DNA from: Anaerohalosphaeraceae bacterium
GTDB taxonomy: Bacteria > Planctomycetota > Phycisphaerae > Sedimentisphaerales > Anaerohalosphaeraceae
DNA length: 64,000 nt
Assembly: GCA_050309605.1 (NCBI GenBank)
Contig: JBNRMN010000033.1
Span: forward strand, 224,001-288,000
Direction: 5' to 3'
Numbering within the stretch: position 1 is the stretch's first letter; each line of letters starts with the position of its first letter. A program made the translations under genes and the position numbers. Below the pieces are notes generated by a model. It searched no databases. It had not been told where the DNA came from and saw only the letters and a list, made by a program, of their open reading frames with translations. Shown here piece after piece: positions 49,190-59,155 of the stretch.

Positions 49190-52100
49190 ATGGAGTGGGT
49201 CGGATTGTTGATTATACTGGCGTTGGGGGTGCTGGTCTCGGGGCCGCTTGCGTTGGTGTTGGTGCTGACGCTTTATGGCCGGATTCAGAAGCTTGAGGAC
49301 AAGCTGCGATGGCAGTCCCAGCCGGCTCGACTGCCTGGGCCGGTGCCGGAGCCAACGCCGGGGCCGCCGGCGCCTGAGTCGCCGCGGCCTGAGATGACGC
49401 CGACACCCCAGACACCCCAGACACCTCAGATGCCCAAGTCGCCGTCGGAGCCGGCCGCGTCGTATTGGCCGGTCAAAACCGATGCACCGTCTGCGCCGAG
49501 CCACACACCGCCGCGTCCGCCGGCCGCTTCGAAAATGCCCGCTGCGCCGGCGGCGCCCCGTGTTGGTGCGTCGGTCTTATCGCCACGCAAGACCAGGCCT
49601 GGTCAAGCCGTCCTGGAACAAAAACTCGGCACGACCGTCGCCCTGATCGCGGGGATCATCACCGTGATTGTTGGGGTGGGGTTCTTTCTGAAGTATGTCT
49701 ATGAGAACGCCTGGTTTGGGCCGGTCGCGCGGGTGTGTCTGGTCGCGGCGGGCGGATTGATTGCGATGGTCGTCGGCGAAGTCACACGCCGACGGGGCTA
49801 TGAGATCGTCGCCAAGGGCACGACGGCGCTGGGTTTTGCGCTGCTGTACGCGGCGGTATTCAGCGCCAGTCGGGTGTATATGCTGATTGAAACCAACACG
49901 GCGTTTGTGCTGGCGATGGCCATTACCGCTGGCGCGATGGGTTATGCCGTCGTGCTCAATGAGGTGGTCATTGCCTTTTTGTCGCTGCTGGGCGGCTATC
50001 TCAGTCCGTTTGTGATCTCCACGGGTCAAAATCTGGCCATTCCGCTGTTTTCCTATCTGCTGGCGCTGGGCATTGGTGCGATGGGCTGCGCGATGTTTCG
50101 CCGGTGGCGTGCGGTCAACTGGATGGCGACGGCCGGCACGTATGTGCTGTTTACCGGCTGGTTTGAAACCTTTTATACGCCGGCGCAGTTGGCGATGACG
50201 CTGTCGTGGCTGGGGGTGTTCGGCGGATTGTTTTTGCTGGCGCCGCTCATCTATGGCCTGGTGCGTCAGGTCGCCTTGCGGGCCGAGGATGTCGGGCTGG
50301 TCGCGGCCAACAGCGTGGCGGTGTTTTATTATTTGTGGCGGATGCTGCATGCCGAGCACCCGCAGGCCCAGGCCATGGCCGCGGCGGTGGTCGGCGGGGT
50401 GCATCTGGCTTTGGCTGCGGCGGTGCATTTTCGCTGTCGGCAGGATCGGCGGCTGATTGCGGCGCTGGGTGTTTTGGGCACGGCGTTTTTAACTGCGGCG
50501 ATTCCGCTGTATTTTGCCGCGCTGAATCCGACGCTTTTGAGCTGGGCGGTCGAGGCGGCGGCGCTGACCTTCATCGGCATTCGCTATCGCAGCCGCTGGA
50601 CCAAGGTGATGGCGTTTATCGTCTCGGCGATTGCGACGGCGGGGCTGTTTTATCATTTGCCGCTGCATTCGGATCCGGCGTTTCGATTCGTCTTCAATGC
50701 ATCGTTCGGCACGTGGATGTTTGTTGCCGCAGGCGTGCTGGTCTGTCATGTTCTGTGGCGGCTGATGGCCGAGGCGCAGGATGACGAAGGACGGTTTGCG
50801 TCGCAGGTGTATTACATCGCGGCCCTGCTGCTGGCGGCGGCGGGGTGCGCGCTGGAGTGGCTGGCGCATTGTGATTTTCACATTCAGGGCGCCGATCAGG
50901 GGCAATCGGCGTTTTTGCAGGGGATGATGGTTATCGCCGCCCTGCTGACGGCCGGTTTGCTGGCTCGTCCGTGCCGTCCGCGGGGTGATTTGGTGCGATG
51001 GGCCGGTGTGCTGGCGACGGTGGTCGGCTCGGTGTTCACGGCGCTGGCGATGATGGGCGTGTATCATGCGGCGTTTCGATTGTTCATCAACGGGCCGTTT
51101 GCGCTGGCGTGCGGCTATGCGGCGGTGGTGCTGGCCGGGGCGTGGCGGATGCGGACAACCGATGCGCCGGGGGTGCAGCGGGAGCAGATGACCGCGGCGC
51201 TGGGGGTGTCCGGTATAGCGCTGGTCTTTGTGCTGCTGGGTGAGCAGGGCTATTGGTACTGGTATTGCCGCAACGCTTACGTTCAGCCGCTGGCGACGTG
51301 GCAAGCCGCGGCGGCTCAGACCGCGGCGATGGGCTGGGCGGTCTATGGGCTGGTGCTGCTGGCGGTCGGGCTGCGTTTTGATAAAATGCTGTTAAAGGCT
51401 CCGGCCGTCATGGCCTCGGCGGCCTCGGCGGCGGCGCTGCTGTGGGCCTTGCCGCTGCATACGAGCGGCGATTTTCGGCTGATGCTCAACCTACCGTTTA
51501 CGGCGTGGGTTACGGTTGCGGCGGCGCTGCTGGTCGGGCAGGGTTTGTGGCGGATGATTCGCATTGCCGACGCGAAAGAAGGCCGTCTGATGGCGCAGGT
51601 GTATTACGCTGCGGCGATATTTTTGGCGGCGCTGGGCTGGGCGATGGAGTGGTTCGCGCATTGCCGATGGCACATTGCCGAGCCTCGCGTAGGGGACGCG
51701 GCCTTTGCGCTGGGGATGCTGGTGCTGCTGGCGGGTGTGGTGCTGGTGCTGCTGGCGCGGCCGCCGGCGCCCAAGGGGGACTTGGTGCGGGCGTTGGGCG
51801 TGCTTGCGGCTATGGGCGGGGCGGTGTTTACGGCACTGGCGATGAAGGATGTGCATACACAGGCGTTTGTGATGTTTTTCAATGTGCCGTTTGCGATTGT
51901 GGCTTTGTATGTTGCGGCGATGATGGCCGGGGCGTATCTGGTGCGCCAAACCGCCGGCGACGATCCGGCGTGGCGGCAGGCGCCCGCGGTGCTGGTGCTG
52001 TCGGCGCTGGTGCTGGTCTGGATTGTATTGAGTCAGGAGGTGTATTATTATTGGTCCTGTCGCAATGCTTATGCCGGGCCGGTGGACAACTGGCGGTTTT

Positions 52101-52429
52101 CGGCGCAGATGGCGATCTCGGTAACGTGGGCGATTTATGCCGCGGTGCTGGTGGTTGGCGGGTTTGTGTTTCGTGCGCGCGGCGTGCGCTATTTGTCGCT
52201 GCTGATTTTCGCCGTGCTGCTGGGCAAGATTTTCCTCAAAGACACCGTTACGCTGCGGATTGAATACCGCATCGCCGCGTTTTTGACGACGGGACTGATT
52301 CTGGTCGGCGTGTCGTTTGTGTATCAGTATCTCAAGAAGAAGGGATTTTTTGAGGAACTGGGGATTTCGGAATCCGAACACTCGGCGATTCAGGACCCCA
52401 GGGAACATCACGAGGAATCAAAGCCGTGA
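49190..52429 (+). CDS. DUF2339-type polytopic membrane protein with internal duplication
   Basis: Pro-rich linker, LEQKLG...GVGFFLKY, C-terminal ISVTWAIYA...KIFLKD...YRIAAF. Confidence 0.85.
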   Translation: MEWVGLLIILALGVLVSGPLALVLVLTLYGRIQKLEDKLRWQSQPARLPGPVPEPTPGPPAPESPRPEMTPTPQTPQTPQMPKSPSEPAASYWPVKTDAPSAPSHTPPRPPAASKMPAAPAAPRVGASVLSPRKTRPGQAVLEQKLGTTVALIAGIITVIVGVGFFLKYVYENAWFGPVARVCLVAAGGLIAMVVGEVTRRRGYEIVAKGTTALGFALLYAAVFSASRVYMLIETNTAFVLAMAITAGAMGYAVVLNEVVIAFLSLLGGYLSPFVISTGQNLAIPLFSYLLALGIGAMGCAMFRRWRAVNWMATAGTYVLFTGWFETFYTPAQLAMTLSWLGVFGGLFLLAPLIYGLVRQVALRAEDVGLVAANSVAVFYYLWRMLHAEHPQAQAMAAAVVGGVHLALAAAVHFRCRQDRRLIAALGVLGTAFLTAAIPLYFAALNPTLLSWAVEAAALTFIGIRYRSRWTKVMAFIVSAIATAGLFYHLPLHSDPAFRFVFNASFGTWMFVAAGVLVCHVLWRLMAEAQDDEGRFASQVYYIAALLLAAAGCALEWLAHCDFHIQGADQGQSAFLQGMMVIAALLTAGLLARPCRPRGDLVRWAGVLATVVGSVFTALAMMGVYHAAFRLFINGPFALACGYAAVVLAGAWRMRTTDAPGVQREQMTAALGVSGIALVFVLLGEQGYWYWYCRNAYVQPLATWQAAAAQTAAMGWAVYGLVLLAVGLRFDKMLLKAPAVMASAASAAALLWALPLHTSGDFRLMLNLPFTAWVTVAAALLVGQGLWRMIRIADAKEGRLMAQVYYAAAIFLAALGWAMEWFAHCRWHIAEPRVGDAAFALGMLVLLAGVVLVLLARPPAPKGDLVRALGVLAAMGGAVFTALAMKDVHTQAFVMFFNVPFAIVALYVAAMMAGAYLVRQTAGDDPAWRQAPAVLVLSALVLVWIVLSQEVYYYWSCRNAYAGPVDNWRFSAQMAISVTWAIYAAVLVVGGFVFRARGVRYLSLLIFAVLLGKIFLKDTVTLRIEYRIAAFLTTGLILVGVSFVYQYLKKKGFFEELGISESEHSAIQDPREHHEESKP

Positions 52430-53430
52430 GACGATTATCGTTATTATTTTTGTTGGTCATAAGCGGTCTCGGTGCGGCCGGCGATATCGACCTGCGCGAA
52501 GGGACGGTGCAGTGGATGGAGAGGGTCGGCCTGGAGCACCTGCTGCGGGCGCCGGTGCGGGTGCAGTGTGCCTCAGACCAGCCGACGGCGATTGTGGATG
52601 AGGGGGTGTTTTTTGTGCAGCACACGATTTTGACGCCGGCGGTCGGGGCCGAGCCGAATGTGGTGGTGCAGGGGCTGGATTTGCTGAACCCCGGAGCCGA
52701 TAAACTGGTCGTCGCGGTGCACGGCTGGCTGGACAAGGCCCAGGACGGCGGCTGGCCGGGGCGGATGGCGGCGGCGATTTACGAGCGGACCGACCCGAAC
52801 GAGTGGGTGTGTGCGTCGTTTGACTGGCGCGGCGTGGCGCGGGTGGTCAGTTCCATACAGGCCGCCGAGTACGCCCGTGATGTGGCCGGGCCGCGGCTGG
52901 CGGCGGGTATTATGGCGATGGAAAAGACATTTTCGCATATTCATCTGATCGGGCACTCGGCCGGGGCGTGGGCGATTCATTCGGCCGCACGACGGCTGGC
53001 CGAGCGGTATCCGGACGCGGCGTTTCACCTGACGTTTCTGGATGCGTATGTGCCCAGCCTGTGGGAACCGGACGAGCTGGGGGTGATTTTTCTGCAGCGA
53101 GAGCGATTCCGAACGCATTACTGGGCCGAGCATTATTATGTACGCGATGTGACACGCAAGGTGACGGCGATTGATTTGGCCAAAGCGCACAATGTGGATA
53201 TCACCGCCGCTGCGCCGTGGATTGCCGACCATGAATTTCCGTATCGGTGGTATCTGGCGACGATTACCGGGGCGTATGGGCGATGGGATGAGCGGCGGGC
53301 AAAGGTCGCCTGTCAGATCGGCGATACGGTCTATGGCTTTGAACGCAGTCTTGAAGCCGGCCGGCCCCACTGGCACGCCAGCCGCACATTGGAAACAGGC
53401 GCCCCGGCGAGGGTGCTGAAGAAAAAGTGA
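52426..53430 (+). CDS. Secreted lipase-like alpha/beta hydrolase
   Basis: Signal peptide; VAVHGW, FDW, HLIGHSAG, LTFLDAY. Confidence 0.78.
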   Translation: MRRLSLLFLLVISGLGAAGDIDLREGTVQWMERVGLEHLLRAPVRVQCASDQPTAIVDEGVFFVQHTILTPAVGAEPNVVVQGLDLLNPGADKLVVAVHGWLDKAQDGGWPGRMAAAIYERTDPNEWVCASFDWRGVARVVSSIQAAEYARDVAGPRLAAGIMAMEKTFSHIHLIGHSAGAWAIHSAARRLAERYPDAAFHLTFLDAYVPSLWEPDELGVIFLQRERFRTHYWAEHYYVRDVTRKVTAIDLAKAHNVDITAAAPWIADHEFPYRWYLATITGAYGRWDERRAKVACQIGDTVYGFERSLEAGRPHWHASRTLETGAPARVLKKK

Positions 53431-53578
53431 CTCCTCAACAGAATTTGTGGGGAGATAACAGATGAACGGTGTGTGTGTATTTTGTGCTGCAGCTTCTTCG
53501 ATGCGGCGGCGGGTGGCATCTTCAAGCCTTTGGCTTGTGGGTGCCGGGCAGCGAAATCGATTAACGGGAAGGGATGAT

Positions 53579-55489
53579 ATGAACGCAATCATTTTCAGGC
53601 TGTTTTGTGTGAGCGTTGCGGTGATAGTTGGCGGCGCTGTCGGCGGTGCCGATGTTGATTCGCCGTATGGGGTGTGTGCGCACGTGTCACGTGAGTGGTG
53701 GGGCGATCATCAGACGGCCGAACAGCAGTTTGCGTTGATGCGTCAAGCGGGCATCGGCTGGGCGCGGACGGATTTTGACTGGTCGGGCGTGCAGCGTCAG
53801 CAAGGCGGGCCGTGGGATTTTTCGCTGCTGGAGCGGACGGTCCAGATGGCCGAGGACGGCGGGATAACGCTCTTGCCGATATTGGCCTATGATGTGCCCT
53901 GGGCCAGCCCGGCGTATCGGCACCTGGAGTTATGGCGGGAGTACGTGCGGCGGACGGTCGGTCATTTCAAAGGGCGGCTGCGGTATTGGGAGGTCTGGAA
54001 TGAGCCGGATCTGGAGCCGTTCTGGAAGGACAGGCCCAACCCGGCAAACTACACGCGGCTGCTCAAGGCGGCGTACGAGGAAATCAAGGCGGTCGATCCG
54101 GAGGCGGTGGTGCTGCTGGGCGGGCTGTCGGGCATTCCGATGGAGTTTATCGAGGGCATTTATCAGGCCGGCGGCGGGGCGTATTTTGATGTGATGAATG
54201 TGCATCCGTATCGATATCCGCAGATCCCCGAAGCGCCGTCGCTCAGTGCGGATTTGCGTCGGCTGCGTGAGCTGATGGCCGAGTACGGCGATGCAGACAA
54301 GCCCGTGTGGATCACGGAGATCGGTTGGCCGACCCATCACAATGATACGGAACTGCTGGCGGATATTGTGCGGGCCGGACTGAAGACGCTTCGGCCGAAT
54401 CGGCCGGCCTGGACGTTGGCGGTGCTGGACGATCCGGGCTATGTGGTACGTGTGCCGATTTCCGACGCGGCGCTGCAGGCGATGCTGCCGGGCCAGGGGC
54501 GGGTCGAACGGCTGACGCTGGCGCAGATAGAACGGCTGACGCCGACGCGGCATGATGCGCTGCTGCTGCCGCTGGATGAGGGGTTTCCAAGAGATGTATT
54601 CGATACAATTGAGGCCTATGTCCGCGACGGCGGGACGGTGATCTTCGGCCATGGCGTGCCGTTGTATTATACCCGCTATGTCGATTCGGACGGCCGCTGG
54701 CAGCGCGGCGATGCGGGCGGGGCGTATCGGCAGCGGCTGCGGATTGGCTGGGAGGCGTGGTGGACTCGAGAAGGCGTGCCGCAGTCGATTGATACGTTGA
54801 CGATTCCCGCCGCTTATGCCGCCTCGATTCGGCCGGCTGAGCGCGTCCCGGCGGCGACGCGATTTGTGACCGATGCACTGCTGGGGCCGGAAGACAGGTT
54901 TATCCCGCTGGTGCAGGCGAGCAAGGATGACTATACCGGTACGGCCGCGGCGGTGTTGGATTTGTCCGGCACGATGACCGGGTCGGTCCTGGTCTCGGCC
55001 CTGCAGGGCGAGTATCGCGGCATCCTTGAAGATCAGCAGGCGGTGATGCTGTCGCGTGCGTATGTCATCGCGCTGCACAGCGGCGTCGAACGGATGTTCT
55101 GGTACAACCTGCGAGCGCGTGAAAACGACCCGTACTACAATGAGGATCATTTTGGAATTGTGCATCGCGATCTATCGCCCAAGCCCGCCTATCGTGCGTT
55201 GCAGGCGCTCAACCGCGCCCGTCCGACCGGCTCAAAGCCGCTGGCAGGCGACTGGCAGGACGGGCCGCTGTATTATCCCGGCTGGCGGCGTCCGGACGGT
55301 CAGACGGTCTGGGCGGTCTGGACAATCGGCCCGGCGGCCCGGCGAAAGGTGCGATGGGACGGCAGGATCGATGAGGCGTTTGATCATCTCGGTCGTAAAG
55401 TCCAGACGCGCGAGATTACCGAAAACGGAACGCTGTCGGTCCGGAACAGCATCCTCTATCTGGTCGGCCCGGAACGGGTTTATCCTTGA
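53579..55489 (+). CDS. Secreted clan-A glycoside hydrolase (GH5/GH39-like) with a large insertion
   Basis: WEVWNEP acid/base, NVHPY, WITEIGWPT nucleophile, later FWYNL...HFGI...PKPAY. Confidence 0.82.
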   Translation: MNAIIFRLFCVSVAVIVGGAVGGADVDSPYGVCAHVSREWWGDHQTAEQQFALMRQAGIGWARTDFDWSGVQRQQGGPWDFSLLERTVQMAEDGGITLLPILAYDVPWASPAYRHLELWREYVRRTVGHFKGRLRYWEVWNEPDLEPFWKDRPNPANYTRLLKAAYEEIKAVDPEAVVLLGGLSGIPMEFIEGIYQAGGGAYFDVMNVHPYRYPQIPEAPSLSADLRRLRELMAEYGDADKPVWITEIGWPTHHNDTELLADIVRAGLKTLRPNRPAWTLAVLDDPGYVVRVPISDAALQAMLPGQGRVERLTLAQIERLTPTRHDALLLPLDEGFPRDVFDTIEAYVRDGGTVIFGHGVPLYYTRYVDSDGRWQRGDAGGAYRQRLRIGWEAWWTREGVPQSIDTLTIPAAYAASIRPAERVPAATRFVTDALLGPEDRFIPLVQASKDDYTGTAAAVLDLSGTMTGSVLVSALQGEYRGILEDQQAVMLSRAYVIALHSGVERMFWYNLRARENDPYYNEDHFGIVHRDLSPKPAYRALQALNRARPTGSKPLAGDWQDGPLYYPGWRRPDGQTVWAVWTIGPAARRKVRWDGRIDEAFDHLGRKVQTREITENGTLSVRNSILYLVGPERVYP

Positions 55490-55627
55490 AGTGTCTGTCA
55501 AAAAGCGATATAATCCGCTGTGAATGATTGAAAGGGGAACCTGAGGGCTGCGCAGTGCGTAGAGGCTATACGCCCTGAAGGACAAAAAGCGAATCGGAAG
55601 TTGACGGCTTTTTTAGGAGAAAACAAA

Positions 55628-56263
55628 ATGAGAGCGAAACGGATGAGCTTATGGACCGTGTTGTGTATTGCAATGATGATGGGGGTTGGCTGCCGGCGAC
55701 AAGCCGAACCGGCAGCGCAGGATGAGAAAGAACTGGCCGGGCGCCGGGTGGCGGTCTTGCTGACCGAAGGGTTTCAGGATCAGGAAGCGCTGCATCCGAT
55801 GGATTATCTGGGCGAACGCGGCGCTGCGGTTACGGTGATCGGTCCGTCCATCGAAACGGTCAAGGCGTACAACAGCGATGTGGAAATTACGATTGAACAG
55901 ACCGTGGCCGATGTCTCGGTGGGTGATTTTGATGCGCTGGTCATTCCCGGCGGACAGTCTCCGGCCCGGTTGCGGGAAAATGAAACGGTCGTGGACTTTG
56001 TGCGTGAATTTGTCCAGTCGGGCAAACCCGTTGCGGCGATTTGTCATGGGCCGCAGGTGCTGGTGACCGCCGGCGTGATGGACGGCAAGCGGGCGACCTG
56101 TTATGCGGGGATGTCGGAGGAATTGATCGAGGCCGGAAGCGACTATGAAGATACCGAACTGGTGCGCGACGGCAATCTCATCACCTCGCGGCTGCCGCAG
56201 GACTTGCCGGTGTTCTCGCACGCGATTGCGCAGGCCCTGTTGGAGAAAGCGGGCGGCGTATGA
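55628..56263 (+). CDS. DJ-1/PfpI-family protein with lipoprotein signal
   Basis: MMGVGC lipobox; GFQDQE, IPGG, AAICHGP, ITSR. Confidence 0.9.
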   Translation: MRAKRMSLWTVLCIAMMMGVGCRRQAEPAAQDEKELAGRRVAVLLTEGFQDQEALHPMDYLGERGAAVTVIGPSIETVKAYNSDVEITIEQTVADVSVGDFDALVIPGGQSPARLRENETVVDFVREFVQSGKPVAAICHGPQVLVTAGVMDGKRATCYAGMSEELIEAGSDYEDTELVRDGNLITSRLPQDLPVFSHAIAQALLEKAGGV

Positions 56264-57222
56264 AAGCTATTTGTGTGGATCGGTACGGGCCGCCGGATGT
56301 AATGCAGATCAGGGAAAGGCCAGACCTTTTGGCCGGCGAGGGACAGATTCTGATTTCCGTCAAGGCCGTCGGCGTCAATCCTGTGGACACCTATATTCGC
56401 GAAGGGTGGTATCCGATTAAAAAGCCGCCTGGCTATACGCCGGGCTTTGACGCGGCCGGACTGGTCGAGCAAGTCGGCCGGGGCGTTGAGTCGTTTCGTC
56501 CCGGTGATCGGGTGTTTGTCTGCGGGTCGTTGACGGGTACGTATGCCGAGCAGACGCTGTGTTCGCCGAAGCAGGTGTTTGCGCTGCCGGAGAAGGTGAG
56601 TTTTTCGCACGGTGCGGCGCTGGGCACGCCGTACGGCACGGCCTGTCAGGCCCTGTTCGGACGCGCCGATGCTCAGGCCGGTCAGACGGTGCTGGTGCAC
56701 GGCGCCAGCGGCGGGGTCGGCATCGCGGCGGTGCAGTTGGCCGCGTCGGCGGGGTTGACCGTTATCGCGACCGCCGGAACCGACAAAGGGCGGCAACTGG
56801 TTACCGAGCAGGGCGCGCGACACGCGCTGGATCATCATGACGCGGGTCATTTTGAGGCGGTCAAAGAGCTGACCGACGGACGCGGCGTCGATCTCGTGCT
56901 GGAGATGCTGGCCAATGTGAATCTGGATCGTGATCTGGACATCCTCGCGCCGGGCGGTACTGTGGTTGTAATCGGCAGCCGCGGACGGATTGAAATCGAC
57001 CCGCGAAAAACGATGGCACGCGACCTGAACATTTTGGGGATGAGCCTGATGAATGCCTCAACCGAGCAAAGGGCGGCGATTTATGCTCGCATTCAGGCCG
57101 GTCTGGAAGCGGGGCCATTGTCTCCGGTGATCGGGCAGGAACTGCCGCTTGAGAAGGCCCCCGCGGCCCATCGGCTCGTGATGGAGTCGGCCCATTACGG
57201 CAAGATTGTGCTGATCCCCTGA
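56260..57222 (+). CDS. NADPH:quinone reductase (zeta-crystallin/MDR family)
   Basis: GVNPVD, HGASGGVG, GVDLVLEML, GKIVL. Confidence 0.92.
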   Translation: MKAICVDRYGPPDVMQIRERPDLLAGEGQILISVKAVGVNPVDTYIREGWYPIKKPPGYTPGFDAAGLVEQVGRGVESFRPGDRVFVCGSLTGTYAEQTLCSPKQVFALPEKVSFSHGAALGTPYGTACQALFGRADAQAGQTVLVHGASGGVGIAAVQLAASAGLTVIATAGTDKGRQLVTEQGARHALDHHDAGHFEAVKELTDGRGVDLVLEMLANVNLDRDLDILAPGGTVVVIGSRGRIEIDPRKTMARDLNILGMSLMNASTEQRAAIYARIQAGLEAGPLSPVIGQELPLEKAPAAHRLVMESAHYGKIVLIP

Positions 57223-57237
57223 GGGTGAAGTAAACAA

Positions 57238-57308
57238 TGGAGCTGGCGGGAATCGAACCCGCATCTCCGCGATGCGACCGCGGCGCACTCCCATTATGCG
57301 ACAGCCCC
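57238..57308 (-). tRNA. tRNA-Ala(CGC), 71 nt, CCA not encoded
   Basis: GGGGCTG/CAGCTCC acceptor stem with G3:U70; anticodon arm CCGCG-GTCGCAT-CGCGG; T arm GCGGG-TTCGATT-CCCGC; discriminator A. Confidence 0.9.
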
Positions 57309-57378
57309 ATTCAAGGGTGCAGTATAGTCAAAATTGATGTTTTTTCAAGCGTTTTTTCAGAGAACCGTGTGTTTTTCT

Positions 57379-57891
57379 TCAAAACGTCCAGCGATCGCGG
57401 CAGGCGATGCGGTCGGTGGGCAGTCGGTCGGTGGCTTGGCCGGCTTGTGCGGGCCAGCCGAGTGCCAGCAGGTCCACGATCTCGATATGAGAGGGAATAC
57501 CCAGTACCTGCCGGACTTTGTGCGGTTTGAAGGCGCCGAGCCAGCAGGTGCCCAGTCCTTTGGCGACCGCGGCCAGGACGATATGTTCCATCGCAATTGC
57601 CACATCAATCGGGCCGATCCGTTGGCCGCACCGCATCACATAGGGATTGCTGCTGCATGCGACTATGATGACCGGTGCCTGGCGGACAAAGTCCTGACGC
57701 AGTGCCTGGCGACAGAGATTTTCGCGTACTTTCGGTTCGGTAACCACCACAAACCGCCAGTCCTGAAGATTCCGCGCCGACGGGGCCAGCCGGGCCGCTT
57801 CGAGCAGTTCATCCAGTACGTCCGCCGGTACCTCGCTGGATTCATAACTCCTGCACGAATAACGTTTTCGAATCGCGTCCATCACATTCAT
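57379..57891 (-). CDS. Nitroreductase-family protein
   Basis: RYSCRSY, APSARNLQDWRF, GLGTCWLG. Confidence 0.92.
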   Translation of the reverse strand: MNVMDAIRKRYSCRSYESSEVPADVLDELLEAARLAPSARNLQDWRFVVVTEPKVRENLCRQALRQDFVRQAPVIIVACSSNPYVMRCGQRIGPIDVAIAMEHIVLAAVAKGLGTCWLGAFKPHKVRQVLGIPSHIEIVDLLALGWPAQAGQATDRLPTDRIACRDRWTF

Positions 57892-58054
57892 TAGGTATCA
57901 CTCCATTGTCTTGTTGCAGCGTCTTATCGCGATCTACTGTACTCCGAACGCGGGAGAAATCAAGCCGTATCTTGCCAAATCGTCCGCCGGCGGTTATACT
58001 GACCCGTTTGGACAACAAGTTCGGCAACAGAGACGTTAATCAACCTCACACGAT

Positions 58055-59155
58055 ATGTTTATTGATCGAGCCATCATAACGGTCAAGGCCGGCAACGGCG
58101 GGCCGGGGTGCGTCAGTTTTCGGCGCGAAAAGTTCGAGGCCAAAGGCGGCCCGGACGGCGGCGACGGCGGGCACGGCGGCAGCGTCTATTTTGTCGTCGA
58201 TCCGTCGATTGATACACTGCTGGATTTTTCCGGCCGGCACAACTGGGACGCGGGCAACGGCCTGCCCGGCGAGGGAGCCAACCGCCATGGCGCCGACGGA
58301 GAGGATCTGGTGATTCCCGTGCCGCCGGGGACACTGATTTATGATAACGAGTACGACCTGCTGCTCAAGGATATGAACGAGCCGGGGATGAAAGTGTGCC
58401 TCTGTCGCGGCGGCATCGGGGGCAAGGGCAACAAGGCGTTCGCCACGCCGACGCGGCAGACACCGCGTTTTGCCACCCGCGGCAAAGAAGGCCAGCAGCG
58501 CCAGCTTCGGCTCGAACTGCGGCTGATTGCCGATATCGGCCTGGTGGGGATGCCCAATGCCGGCAAGAGCACGCTGATTTCACGGTGCACCTCAGCGCGG
58601 CCGAAGATTGCCGACTATCCGTTCACGACGCTGTCGCCGGTGCTGGGGATTGTGGAGTTGAGCGATTATCGGCGGTTTGTGATGGCCGATATTCCCGGAC
58701 TGATTGAAGGGGCCCATGACGGATCGGGCCTGGGGCATGATTTTCTCAAGCATATTGAGCGAACGCGGATTCTGGTGCATGTGCTGGATATCCTGCCGTC
58801 GGATGATTCCGATCCGGTGGACAATTATCACACAATCCGTCGGGAGCTGGAGCTGCACAGTGCGACGCTGGTTCAAAAGCCGGAGCTGGTTGTGCTGAAC
58901 AAGGCCGACCTGGATGCCGACGGCGTGTTCTGCGAGGATATTCAAACTCGCCTGGGCGTTCCAGAGACGATGGTTATTTCCGCGGTTTCCGGGCAAGGGG
59001 TTAAGGCCCTGCTGGAGCGGCTCTGGACGCTGGTTCGCACACCGCCGTCTCGGCCGGATGCTTCGACGCCGCTGTTTACCTCGCCGCATCAGCAGACGCG
59101 TGACGAGACCCATGACAATACGGAACCTATGGACTCACAAGAGGACGCTGTATGA
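58055..59155 (+). CDS. obgE: GTPase ObgE/CgtA
   Basis: Gly-rich Obg domain GGPDGGDGG; GMPNAGKS, YPFTT, DIPG, NKAD. Confidence 0.97.
   Translation: MFIDRAIITVKAGNGGPGCVSFRREKFEAKGGPDGGDGGHGGSVYFVVDPSIDTLLDFSGRHNWDAGNGLPGEGANRHGADGEDLVIPVPPGTLIYDNEYDLLLKDMNEPGMKVCLCRGGIGGKGNKAFATPTRQTPRFATRGKEGQQRQLRLELRLIADIGLVGMPNAGKSTLISRCTSARPKIADYPFTTLSPVLGIVELSDYRRFVMADIPGLIEGAHDGSGLGHDFLKHIERTRILVHVLDILPSDDSDPVDNYHTIRRELELHSATLVQKPELVVLNKADLDADGVFCEDIQTRLGVPETMVISAVSGQGVKALLERLWTLVRTPPSRPDASTPLFTSPHQQTRDETHDNTEPMDSQEDAV

Noticed and set aside
49400..49432. 9-bp repeats encoding PQT
   Set aside because: Ordinary low-complexity Pro-rich linker.
57238..57308. tmRNA, or an integration site at the tRNA
   Set aside because: A complete 71-nt cloverleaf with anticodon is present; I saw no duplicated 3' end or integrase in the window.
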